This document shows, one piece after another, positions 1 to 11,165 of a stretch of 64,000 nucleotides of DNA. The stretch spans positions 49,848,001-49,912,000 of the forward strand of contig NC_043002.1 of assembly GCF_006345805.1 (NCBI RefSeq), read 5' to 3'. Source of the stretch: Octopus sinensis (Eukaryota). How positions within the stretch are numbered: the first letter of the stretch is position 1; every line of letters begins with the position of its first letter. The notes below the pieces were generated by a model that was not told where the DNA came from, did not search any database, and saw only the letters and a list, made by a program, of their open reading frames with translations. The position numbers and the translations under genes are program-made.

Positions 1-235
1 ATCGACTTAATCCGTTTGTTTGTTCACTTTGTGTATAGCCCCTTGTGGGTAGTAAAGAAATAGGTATTTCGTTTGCCTTTATGTTCTGAGTTCAAATTCC
101 GCCGAAGTAGACTTTGCCTTTCATCCCTTCGGGGTCGATAAATTAAGTATCAGTTGCGTACTAGAATCGATCTAATCGATTTCCCCCTTCCCAAAACTTT
201 CGGGCCTTGTCCTTTGAGTAAAAAAGATTATTATT
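1..235 (+). mobile_element. SINE family A (tRNA-headed), partial dimer cut by the window start
   Basis: B-box-like GAGTTCAAATTCC followed by the family core GACTTTGCCTTTCATCC..GGGGTCGATAAATTAAGTA; the same sequence recurs many times in the window (e.g. 44525-44735 +, 36720-36972 -, 46845-47052 -). Confidence 0.85.
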
Positions 236-300
236 TTCTTATTTGAAAGCGGCGAGCTGGCAAAATCGTTAGCACGTTCGACGAAATGCTTAGCGGTATA

Positions 301-687
301 TTTCAGTCGGTCACGCTTGGGAGTCCAGCGGGAAAGTGTAATGATGGTTACTTTTGATAGGACCCAATGGAGGGGGTGTCTCAGGACCCTATCTTTAGGA
401 TCCTACCTGAAATTGTGGGTGGAGAAGACAGATGGGTGAATGGATGGATCCCTAAAATGCTCCGCGAAAGACGAATTATTCAAGACAACCCAGCTGGCCG
501 AAGGCCTGGAAGTAGACGAAGAACGAGACGGCTGGTCAATATCCAAAGTTTTCAGCTGGTCACGTTTGGGAATGCAGCGGGAAAGTGTAAAGATAGTTAC
601 TTTTGATTGGACCCTATGGACTCTACCTCTAGGATTTTCCCAGGAATAACAGGTAGAGAAAATGATTGGGTGAATGCATGGATCCCT
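301..687. repeat. Diverged direct duplication, period about 250 bp
   Basis: 301-453 (TTTCAGTCGGTCACGCTTGGGAGTCCAGCGGGAAAGTGTAA...GGGTGAATGGATGGATCCC) aligns with 550-687 (TTTCAGCTGGTCACGTTTGGGAATGCAGCGGGAAAGTGTAA...GGGTGAATGCATGGATCCC). Confidence 0.8.
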
Positions 688-1916
688 TCAGAGTAGATAA
701 AATGAAATACCAATTCGTGATGGATCATCAGTATCATCATTTAACGTCCGTTTACTATGCTGGCATGGGTTGGACAAGCAATGGAAGAATTGTTACAGAT
801 CCAGGCAAGAATGCTTTGTGGTCTTTGTTCCAGCTCTCTACGCTCTGAGTTCAAATCCCATTGAGGTCGATTTTGCCTCTTTATCATTTTGGGGTCGACA
901 AATAAAGTACCAATCTATTGTTGTTCACTGGCAGAATTGATGTAGCTTCGTGGTTAGGGTGTTGCGCTTACGATCGTGAGATCGTGATTTCGAATCCCAG
1001 ACTGAGTAGGGCATCGTTTCTCTTGAGCAAAACACTTCATTTCTGTTCCCTTTGCGATCGTTTTCGACATTTGATGTGTGACACCCTTGTGCACCTCTAC
1101 TGGTAATGTCAGTTTGATCACTATAAACAAATCATCTGTGTGGTTCTTTAGCAAGAAGTCGCAAATCCCTCGTCTATCATCTGACGACGCGAGATTTCAT
1201 GATAGCATATCATCATTATCATCATCACTTAACGTCCATCTTCCATGCTGGCATGGGTTGGACGGTTTGACAGAAGCCAGCAAACCAGAGGACTGTATCA
1301 AACACACCTTTCTGTTTTGGCATGGTTTTTACCTGGTGAATGCCTTCCCTAATGCCAACTACTTTACAGAGTAGAGGACTGGGCACCTATATATATATGA
1401 AGAATATTTTGTATGTCTGTTGTATGTGTTATCATTTTAAGAATGGCGTAGGCAAAGGACGTTAATGTTTTGGCTGCGGTTATTGGTGCTGGTTACAATT
1501 TTAGTAGCATAGTATTTCAGTACACACACACACACATATATATATATATTACAGTTGTATGTTTGTAATGTACTGATCATACATACATACACACACACAC
1601 GCACGTGAGCGCATGCACACACACAAAATAATAAACTTTTACTCTTTTCAGTCATTTGACTGTGGCCATGCTGGAGCACCGCCTTTATTCGAGCAACTCA
1701 CTCCCAGGACTTATTCTTTGTTATCTTAGTGCTTATTCTATCGGTCTCTTTTGCCGAACCGCTAAGTTATGGGGACGTAAACACACCAGCATCGATGGTG
1801 TGTTTGTGAATATTTTGGTATTCATTGTATTGTATTTCCTCGTGTGATATTATAAACGTATGATTTATGAATGATGTGCGTGTGTATAGACATATAGATA
1901 CATTCACATATATATA

Positions 1917-1948
<32 letters not shown>

Positions 1949-1961
<13 letters not shown>

Positions 1962-2322
1962 AAACGGCAGTTTGTCTGTGTGTGTTTCTGTGTGTCTGTT
2001 AGGTTGTACCCTCACCCTGACCACGGCTTTCAACCGATTCTGATGAAACTTGACACACACATAGCCCAATGTCATAATTCAAAACTAACGCAGCGAAAAT
2101 TTTGAAAAGTTCCCCCAGTTCTGAAAAAGATCGATAAATTCGACATGGGGTCGACTATCAGAAACACAAACCACAGACGCAACTCGACCTTTTTAACTAT
2201 CAAAAAAAACTTTACCATCATTTTTTTCCCCATTTTTTTGCTATTTTTTGGCTATAACTCTCTAAAAATGCTTTATAGTTATTTCCCTTACAAACCCGAG
2301 CAACGCCGGGCGATACTGCTAG
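1949..2322 (+). mobile_element. Non-autonomous Helitron
   Basis: 3' hairpin CCCG-AGCAACGC-CGGG (2295-2310), then CTAG (2319-2322) followed by T. 5' part TATATATAAACGGCAG + (TCTG/TG)n matches the 5' end at 21273. The exact 5' boundary is buried in (TA)n. Confidence 0.8.
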
Positions 2323-3266
2323 TATATACATAAATATATGATGTGTGTATGTGTACAAGGATATGAGTATGTAACTATGCTCCTCTGTGTGTGTGTGTGT
2401 TTTGCCTATATCTTCTTGAAGCAATTTATGTGTGTCCTATATACACTTGTATATCGTAATTTACATATTAACGTTTCTGCTATTTTAAAAACTTTTATAT
2501 ACAAAACACATGTACACATGTAATGTATATGCAATCTTTGTAACATGCATACATGCACGCGCTCGTAGACACAAACACACGCATATATACACACACATCA
2601 TATTCATACGTACATATTTATATACATACGTATATATGCATACATACATTCATATACATACACACACTCATACATACGTACATACATACATGCATACGTA
2701 CGTACGCACGTTCATACATACATGCTTATACATACATACACACTCACACACGCATACATACATATATACATGCATGCACATATCTAACTTGTATACTATT
2801 ATAGGTTTCTGCCGGTGCATAAAAAATATGCACATTCTAATGATAATCTCTATATCAGTACATGAATGGCAAACACGGACAGATTCTCTCTCACACACAC
2901 ACACACACTCTCTCTCTCTCTCACACACACACTCACACACACACACACACACACACCTCCACATGGCACTGGTTTATGTTAAAATACACGACTTTTTATC
3001 AAATATGTAAATTGAACATATGCACATATTCAAAAACACTAACACACACTCACATACATGTACAATCTACACATATACACACATACACATTCACACACAC
3101 ATACTTACACACATACACACACACACAGACATGTACATATACAAAAACACTTACACACACTCACACACATATACAATCTACATATATACACACATACACA
3201 CTCAAATACACATACACACACAGACATGAGCACACATACACACACATGCACATGAGCATACATACA

Positions 3267-3312
<46 letters not shown>

Positions 3313-3406
3313 TCTGTTTATGTTAAAATGGCAAGCATCACTTTTTTATCAAATATGTAAATTGAACATATGTACATATCCGAGCACACACACACACATC
3401 ACACAT

Positions 3407-3437
<31 letters not shown>

Positions 3438-4156
3438 TACACACACATACAGATGCGACTTGAAATATTTAATCCGAAATAATTTTTGTATAATTTTAAC
3501 AATATAATCTACCTTCCATACGTCTATATAACAGATATGCACAATCTATCATACATACATACATACATACATGCATACACACTACCATACATGCATACGT
3601 ACATAGATATATTATACGTGCATACACAGATACGTGCTCACATGCATTTGTATGCATGCATCTATGCTAGAGAAGCTCTGAGGCATATATACATTGTACA
3701 ATTTAACAAAAGGAACAAAATGGTAGAATAAAAAAATTAAGGAAAGAAATTACATATGTGAATATTTAATACACAAAGAAACCGAACAGAGTAATTGGAG
3801 GTTAATATGTTTCCCTTCTCCATCTCTCTCTATCACATATATGCTTATATACAAGTGTATAAGTACATACATGAATATATACATACGTACGTACATACAT
3901 ATATATATGTATATATACATACATGAATATATGTTTTCTTTCTACCTCTCTCTCATATATACATGCATACAGATACATAAATTCGTACATGAATATATAT
4001 ATGTATGTATGTATATATATGAATACACACACATATATATATATACATGTGCACATGCACATACACATTTGCATATATACATTCATGTATGTATGCATCT
4101 ATGATGTAGCAGAATGAAAATATAATCAGATAATTTGTCCATTCAAATCAATAATC

Positions 4157-4195
<39 letters not shown>

Positions 4196-4284
4196 TAAGA
4201 CTCAGGATAGTTTTAAAAATCTAAGAATAAAGATATATCTCTCTTTTGCTCTCTTTAAGCATATATGCATATATATATATATTA

Positions 4285-4316
<32 letters not shown>

Positions 4317-4362
4317 CATACCACATACAAATATACACACTCACATATATATTATGCATACA

Positions 4363-4402
<40 letters not shown>

Positions 4403-4455
4403 CATACACACATACAAATTACACACTCACATATATATATATGCATACATATATG

Positions 4456-4489
<34 letters not shown>

Positions 4490-4531
4490 TACAAATATAC
4501 ACACTCACATATATACACCATATATGTATAT

Positions 4532-4567
<36 letters not shown>

Positions 4568-4909
4568 CACACTCAACCATATATACATGCATACATATAC
4601 ACACACCACATGCATGCATACAAATATATGCATAAATACACTCTTGCACACACACAATTACAAGTGATTCTCATACATATCTTAATTTATAAATGAAATT
4701 TTTTGTTAATGACAAGCATTTATGATGCAAGTGAGAAATTCCAAGTAAATAGAATCAGTTGGAGATATGACAACATCTATTTGGAAAGCGGAACAAAATT
4801 TGTTGGATCTTAAGTATACTGTGCAAAGTATCTTTATAGTACCTTTTGCAAACTTACCCAACCATCCTTCCCTTTTCTCTGTCCCTGTTGTCTCTTCTAA
4901 TTATATCAT

Positions 4910-5120
4910 CATCATAATCTTTCAACGTCCGCTTTCCATGCTAGCATGGGTTAGACGATTTCACTGAGGCCCGGCGAACCAGATGGCTGTGCCAGACTCC
5001 AATCTGATCTGGCAGAGTTTCTATGGCTGGATGCTCTTCCTAACACCAACCACTCCGAGAGAGTGTAGTGGGTGCTTTTACGTGCCACTGGCACGAGGGC
5101 CGATCAGGCGGTACTGGCAG
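4910..5120 (-). mobile_element. SINE family C (AAGGGCATCCAGC domain, (GAT)n tail)
   Basis: Reverse complement ends ...CCATGCTAGCATGGAAAGCGGACGTTGAAGATTATGATGATG. Other copies at 1212-1385 -, 11170-11450 +, 16820-16980 +, 19690-19870 +, 48085-48245 -, 49545-49775 -, 51450-51722 +. Confidence 0.8.
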
Positions 5121-5630
5121 CGGCCACGCTCATGGGTAAAGTCCCCCTTCGGTCATTGATGACCATGGGATTGCACAGAAAGTTCCCCTCAAAGGCACAA
5201 TTCCAGGTAAATTTGTTTATGGAAGACCAGCACTTGCCCTTGCATTCCAACTGCCCCTCTCCATGCCACTGATGTTATCCAAGAACCAGTGACATCACAA
5301 CTCATTTCTAAGGCTAAGTGAACTGGAACAAAGTAAAATAGAGTATCTTCTCATGAATACAGCATTCAGCCCGATCCGGGAATCAAACTTACTATCTCCT
5401 GATTGTGAGCCCAACACTCTAACCACATAGCCATGTATATGGGTTAAAACCAGAAATGGCTGATGAAATTAGCATTAATTTTTTTAGGTCGGTCAATTTT
5501 TCTCAACTGATCCATAGACTGCTTGAATAAAACTATTAGTAATGTACCTATAATGTCTATTGGAAACAGATGTGGGCCAAACTTGCTGTAATAAAGGATA
5601 AATATGAAATGACCATTGTCTATAACTTGT

Positions 5631-5701
<71 letters not shown>

Positions 5702-6074
5702 GTATACATGTGTGTGTGTAGCTCTTCTAAATCCACTGCAATGCTAGAAGCACTTCTCTATAGTCAGCAGATATCTCAGAGCTACAAGTGTTTTGTCCTT
5801 TAACCTGTACACTTCACCTGAGTGGGGCAGTTAGGACTGAACTAGCCTTCATCTACGGAAGGGTTCCATTTGCAATCTCTTATTAATCATAGCCATCTTG
5901 AACTAGTTTCAGCTGCTGTACCATGCTACACCTATTTCCTTGATATTATTCCACTAATGCTGGCTTTTCTATAGAAGTGTTTCTTTCCTACAGTTCCTAT
6001 TGCTACATGCTCTCATTGACTTCCTGGTTTGTTCACCTTACTCCATAGAGAGCTAAGGATCGGTTTCCCAGTGT

Positions 6075-6270
6075 CTCTGGCATATATATTTCCCACTGCA
6101 CAAGGCACGAGACCATCATAGGATTACTCATTTCTGCCAGCTGAGTGAACTGGAGCACCATGAAATGAAATGTTTTGCTCAAGAACCCAATGCATCACCC
6201 AGGCCAGGAATTGAAACCACAGTCTTATAGTCATTAGTCCAACGCCCTAACCACTAAGCCATGCACACCC
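6075..6270 (-). mobile_element. SINE family D (tRNA head + CORE-like segment)
   Basis: Reverse complement has A box TGGCTTAGTGGTTAG, B-box-like GGTTTCAATTCC and TTCTTGAGCAAAACATTTCATTTCA..CTCCAGTTCACTCAGCTGGC. Other copies at 5285-5435 -, 11640-11795 -, 22658-22950 +, 23620-23860 +, 37205-37297 +, 48495-48820 +. Confidence 0.8.
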
Positions 6271-6865
6271 AAACTGACTCCCAGCCCAACCCTTAATACC
6301 TCTGTCTTTAGTTTTAGTGGTTAGAGGTTCTCTACTACTCCAGCTCCTTTCTCTCAACTGAACATTTTGTAGGTCTTGTGGGTGACTACAATATTGACCC
6401 CTAGAATACAGTTCAGCATTTTTCTCCTTTTGCCCCCTTTTTTTCAGCAGCCTTTACCTGACTTCACCCGGAGGAACCAATAAATCATAGATGTGTTCAC
6501 ATGCATGTGTGTGTGTGTGTGCATGCATGCTTGTGTGTGTGTGTGTGTGTGTTTCCCCACTCTTCACACACTCTCTGTTATTGTAAACACCACTGCCTGG
6601 TAGATGAGGGTGGAGATGCAGATGTGAGAGGTTGGGCCAAGTCAGGCAGTGAAGTGTCAGGGTCATGTTGTGTTTTATAGCCATTACCCACACAAATACA
6701 GTTGAATTAGATTTTACAAGGTTTCTATATGTCGCTCTCTATCTATCTCTCTCTCTCTTCCCCACTCTCACCTCTCTATTTCAATATATATGTGTATGTA
6801 TGCACACATGCACAATCAAATAATTCTCTTTCGTGTATGTGTATGTATATGTGTGTGTATGTATG

Positions 6866-7110
6866 TATGTATGTACCTATGTATGTATCTATGTAGGTAT
6901 GTATGTATGTATCTATGTAGGTATGTATGTATGTATCTATGTAGGTATGTATGTATGTATCTATGTAGGTATGTATGTATGTATCTATGTAGGTATGTAT
7001 GTATGTATCTATGTAGGTATGTATGTATGTATGTATCTATGTAGGTATTATGTATGTATCTATGTAGGTATGTATGTATGTATCTATGTGTGTATGTAGG
7101 TATGTATGTA
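6866..7110. repeat. 24-bp minisatellite (TATCTATGTAGGTATGTATGTATG)n
   Basis: About 8 direct tandem copies of a higher-order TATG unit are read directly. Confidence 0.9.
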
Positions 7111-7138
7111 TCTATGTATGTATACCTATATGAGCCTA

Positions 7139-7302
7139 GGACAATAACCCACCAGGGACAATTACCCCTAAGGACAACAGATGACGATTTAAAACTTCTT
7201 AATATATTGGAGAGAGAGCAGTTAACCGAAGCGGGTGATTATCCTAGGAGGTTGTTGTCATCGGAGGGGGTGGATATTTCCCTGTGGTGGGGGTAATTGT
7301 CC
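7139..7302. mobile_element. MITE with short TIRs and TA flanks
   Basis: Left TA|GGACAATAACCC, right GGGGTAATTGTCC|TA; an internal second GGACAATTACCCC motif; 164 bp. Confidence 0.65.
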
Positions 7303-7440
7303 TATTATGATATATATATACATATTTGTTTGTGTGTGTGTATGTATGTATGCATACAAATGTGTGTGTGTGTATATATATACATATATATAGGTATGTC
7401 TATATGTACACATACATATGTGTGTATATATGTGTGTGTC

Positions 7441-7490
<50 letters not shown>

Positions 7491-7491
<1 letters not shown>

Positions 7492-7935
7492 TGAATCATC
7501 CCATAAATAATGTGTTTTTTCTTTCAATTGCATGAACTAAAGTCAGAGGGGAAGAGGATAAACTACCTGCATCAACTTGCTATAAAAGCAGGTAGTAATT
7601 TTACCTTATTCTTATTCATATTCTTAGTGTAAGTTTTTGAAGAGCACAGTTCAGTTTTAACAGTTATTTTTTCAAAGCTATAATGGAAGTGACAAAGGTG
7701 TTTAATTGGGCATATTTTGCTTTATGAGTTTAATAAAGGCAACAACGTAATGGAAATTGTGAGGAATATTAATGCAGTATATGAGGATTGGACAGTGTCA
7801 GCCAGTGTCAATAGTGGTTCCAGAAATTGCGTGCCAGAAACAACAGCCTAGAAGATGGGCCTCATCCTAGAAGATCTGTAGAGCTTAATAAGGGTATCCT
7901 GCAAACCCTATCATAACTGTTGAGAAACTAGCTAT
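7491..7935 (+). mobile_element. Mariner relic: left TIR plus N-terminal transposase fragment
   Basis: TA|TTGAATCATCCCATAAATAATG. ATG at 7683 gives MEVTK..HILLYEFNKGNNVMEIVRNINAVYEDWTVS..QKLRARNNSLEDGPHPRRSVEL (frameshifted), a typical mariner HTH ending in the SLED..R.GR motif. Confidence 0.85.
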
Positions 7936-9818
7936 CTACTACATCTAGCTTACCCCACTGCCAGTTGATGGAGTTTATTTTCTGTGCATTTTCAGTGTTT
8001 ATTGTACTTGTGCACCTTTCACATACAAAAGTTACTTTCCCTATTATCCTTCCTCTGATGTTGCTGCACCTTTTATGTATCCAAAGTTTACACTGGGTAC
8101 ATCATGTAGAGTTTCTTCCTACACCTTTTTTCTACAGATTGAGCAGAGCCATCTACCTGAAGGGATTTGTGATTTGTCTGCCTTCTTACTTACCATCGCT
8201 TTGGTTTTTGCAAGGTTAACTCTAAGCCTTTTGATTTTAGACTTTGTTTGTGTGTGTCTTTGTACCTGTGTTGGTACCCCCACCGTTGCTTGACAACTGA
8301 TGCTGGTGTGTTTACATCACCATAACTTAGTGATTCAGCAAAACAGACTGATAGAATAGGTACCAGGCTTACAAACAATAAGTCCTGAGATCGATTTCTT
8401 TGACTAGAATCCTTCAAGACAGTGCTCCACACAGCCATGTGTGAGTGTATGAGTGTTCTAATGCAACACAGCAGTTTATTGTTTAGTAAGTAGCCACACT
8501 GTAGAGAGTGTGTAACAAGACAATGTGTTGGCTCCAGTTGTATAATGAGTATTGTTAGATAGTGATGACGATGATGATGATGATGATGATGTTGATGACA
8601 TGTTGTGGGACTGGCATACATGTTGTGAGTTATCCTGCTGCTGCTGCTGCCACTGGTCTGTATAGGACTGTTTAGAGTAAATATAGTATGTGACATGTAC
8701 TAGAGAGAGCTTGCTTGCCTGTTGTAGGATGTGTGGTGCAAAACAGACCATGCTTTGCTATATAATAAGCTTGGCTCGTGTTGTCATATTGATGAGGGAA
8801 ATGGGTGCGGGTGGGGGACGTGGAGTCTGGTTTCACTGGGTAGAAACTATTCTAGTTATGTCACAAATGCCACCGGCATTTGATCCTTAGTAGTAATCAT
8901 ACATCCTTGCTTGTATTCAGAATGCCTTGTATCTCACGCCACCACACTCTCTCTCCCCCTCTCTCTATCTCTCCCCCTCTCTCTATCTCTCCCCTACTCT
9001 AACTCTGTCTCTCCCTCCTCCCTCTCTATGTATGTATGTATGTATTTTTTTAAGTATGTTTGTATGTGTGTACATATATGCACACACATACACACTCGCA
9101 CTCACTCTTTCAGATGTATAAATATATGTATGTGTGCATATATGTATATATATATATACACACACGCACGCACACATACATACATATATACATACATACA
9201 CACTATATATAACATATTCATAGATATACATATATACACACATGAATATGTAAATATCCTTATAATGTTTGTGTGTGTGTGTGTGAGTGTGTGTGTATAC
9301 AACCTTACGCACTATATATAATAGGTAGATATATATATAAACACAAACATTTATATATACATGTATATATTTATGCTTATTATGTGTGTATGTGTTTATA
9401 TGCATGTATGTATATATATATATATACACACACACACATATATAGCATCTATTTCTGGTTTAACACCTCCTCCACCCTCTCCTTTATTGTCCCTTACAAA
9501 CAGACTCAACCTTATCTTCATGTCATCCACACCGGCTCTCTTTCTCTCTATCCACCCCTCTCTCTCTTTCTCTCTCGCTCTGCCTTTATCTCTCTTTCTC
9601 TCTCTCCCACCCTTTATCTCTCTCCCCTTCTCTCCCCAACACCTTGCTTTGTCTGTCTCCTAAAATATTGGGATTCATTTTAACAATCTGTCATTGTCTA
9701 TGCTGACAGACTGATGGGTGGTGTTGGATAGGATAGGTGTTGACGTACCCTTACGCTCTACCCATACACCCCCAGTTGTTGTTGTTGTTGTCATCCTTGG
9801 TGTTGTCCTATTAGTCTT

Positions 9819-9853
<35 letters not shown>

Positions 9854-10406
9854 CATCGTCACCATTGTGGTGGCGGCAGTGGTGGTGGTGTTGATGCTGC
9901 TGTTGATTTTGTGGTGGTGGTGGTGGTGGTGGTGGTGGTGGTGGTGATGATGCTGGTGGTGGTGGCGTAAGCTGTGTTTAGTTGTGTTGGTGTTAGTAGC
10001 ATAGGTAGTATAACTAGGGTGGTATGTGAGTAATGGTAAATGTTAGTGAGTTGGAGGTGGGGGGTAAATTGGCTCAGGTAAAAGTGTTGGGGGAAGGACA
10101 GAGAAGTTTGGTATCCTGGTAGGGTGTGGTGGTAGTTGTTTGTTTGCTATACCTGATCTCCCCATCTTGTATAGCTGGTGGTGGCGGTGACAGTGGTGGT
10201 GGTGGTGGTAGCTTGAAGCCTTATGTGACATTGGAAGATGGGACATGAGGTGGCATCAGGTTAGCAGTGGTAGGCAGTGATCATCATCACTATCCTCCTC
10301 ATCATCATCATAATCACAAGTCGTGGGTGGATAGACTAAGTAAAGAAAGTCTCCAACTATGACAATGTCCTGTTTTTCTTTTCTCTTTGATTTATCATCA
10401 TTTAAG

Positions 10407-10649
10407 GTAAACACTTGTATGCTCAGGGTGATGCTGTGCTTTGTCTCTAAATGTAGGATTCCATGTCCTATCAAGGCAATGAAACAGCCCTGGAGGTATT
10501 TCAGTCCCTTCCCCTGCAACACAAGAGCTGCAAGAGAGGTGACAATTGGTGCAGCAAGAACAAACATTGAGGAGGGTAGAATCATCTGGCCCAGAGTTGC
10601 AAAATCTGACAAAACAAACCTTGTGCTATTTATGGGGGAATTTTGTACA
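10407..10649 (+). CDS. Candidate internal coding exon (81 codons, phase 0-0), product unknown
   Basis: Long pyrimidine tract ending TTTAAG| at 10406, donor ACA|GTAAGT at 10650, open frame VNTCMLRVMLCFVSKCRIPCPIKAMKQPWRYFSPFPCNTRAAREVTIGAARTNIEEGRIIWPRVAKSDKTNLVLFMGEFCT with purine-first codon bias. No family recognised, and minus-strand frames are also open. Confidence 0.3.
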
Positions 10650-10862
10650 GTAAGTAAGGACCACTGATGAGGTCACAGAAGCGTGACGAAAGAAGTGTCT
10701 GAAATATGATTAATGTAAAAAATAAAGCTGAAGCAAATTAACACCAAATATATAGTGCATGTGTTTTATTGGTTAAACTGTCTACATGACCACCTCCAAA
10801 TATAACAATATCTGTTTCAACACACGATTTCACATCAAGAATCTTGCAAAACGAATATATAA

Positions 10863-10918
<56 letters not shown>

Positions 10919-10924
10919 CAAAAC

Positions 10925-11098
10925 AAAAAATGGAACAAGAATGTAACAGATGACACCAAAGCATCCAGACAGTTCCCTGGGAACACAACTGACGATAGAA
11001 GACTCCAAATGACCCCTCCTTGTTTTTTATCCTGTCCTTTTTTGTATTGTCTGTCTGGATGTTTTGTTGTTGCCTGTTACATTCTTGTTCCATTTTTT
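10925..11098. repeat. Inverted repeat: 48-bp arms, 78-bp spacer
   Basis: 10925-10972 is the reverse complement of 11051-11098 with 5 mismatches; flanked by (TA)n. Confidence 0.85.
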
Positions 11099-11132
11099 TT
11101 TTTCATATATACATATATACACTTTTGGTCTC

Positions 11133-11165
<33 letters not shown>

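Noticed and set aside
10256-10258. In-frame TGA as selenocysteine or readthrough in minus frame A
   Set aside because: No SECIS recognised, and the downstream frame lies in GGT-rich low-complexity DNA where open frames are expected.
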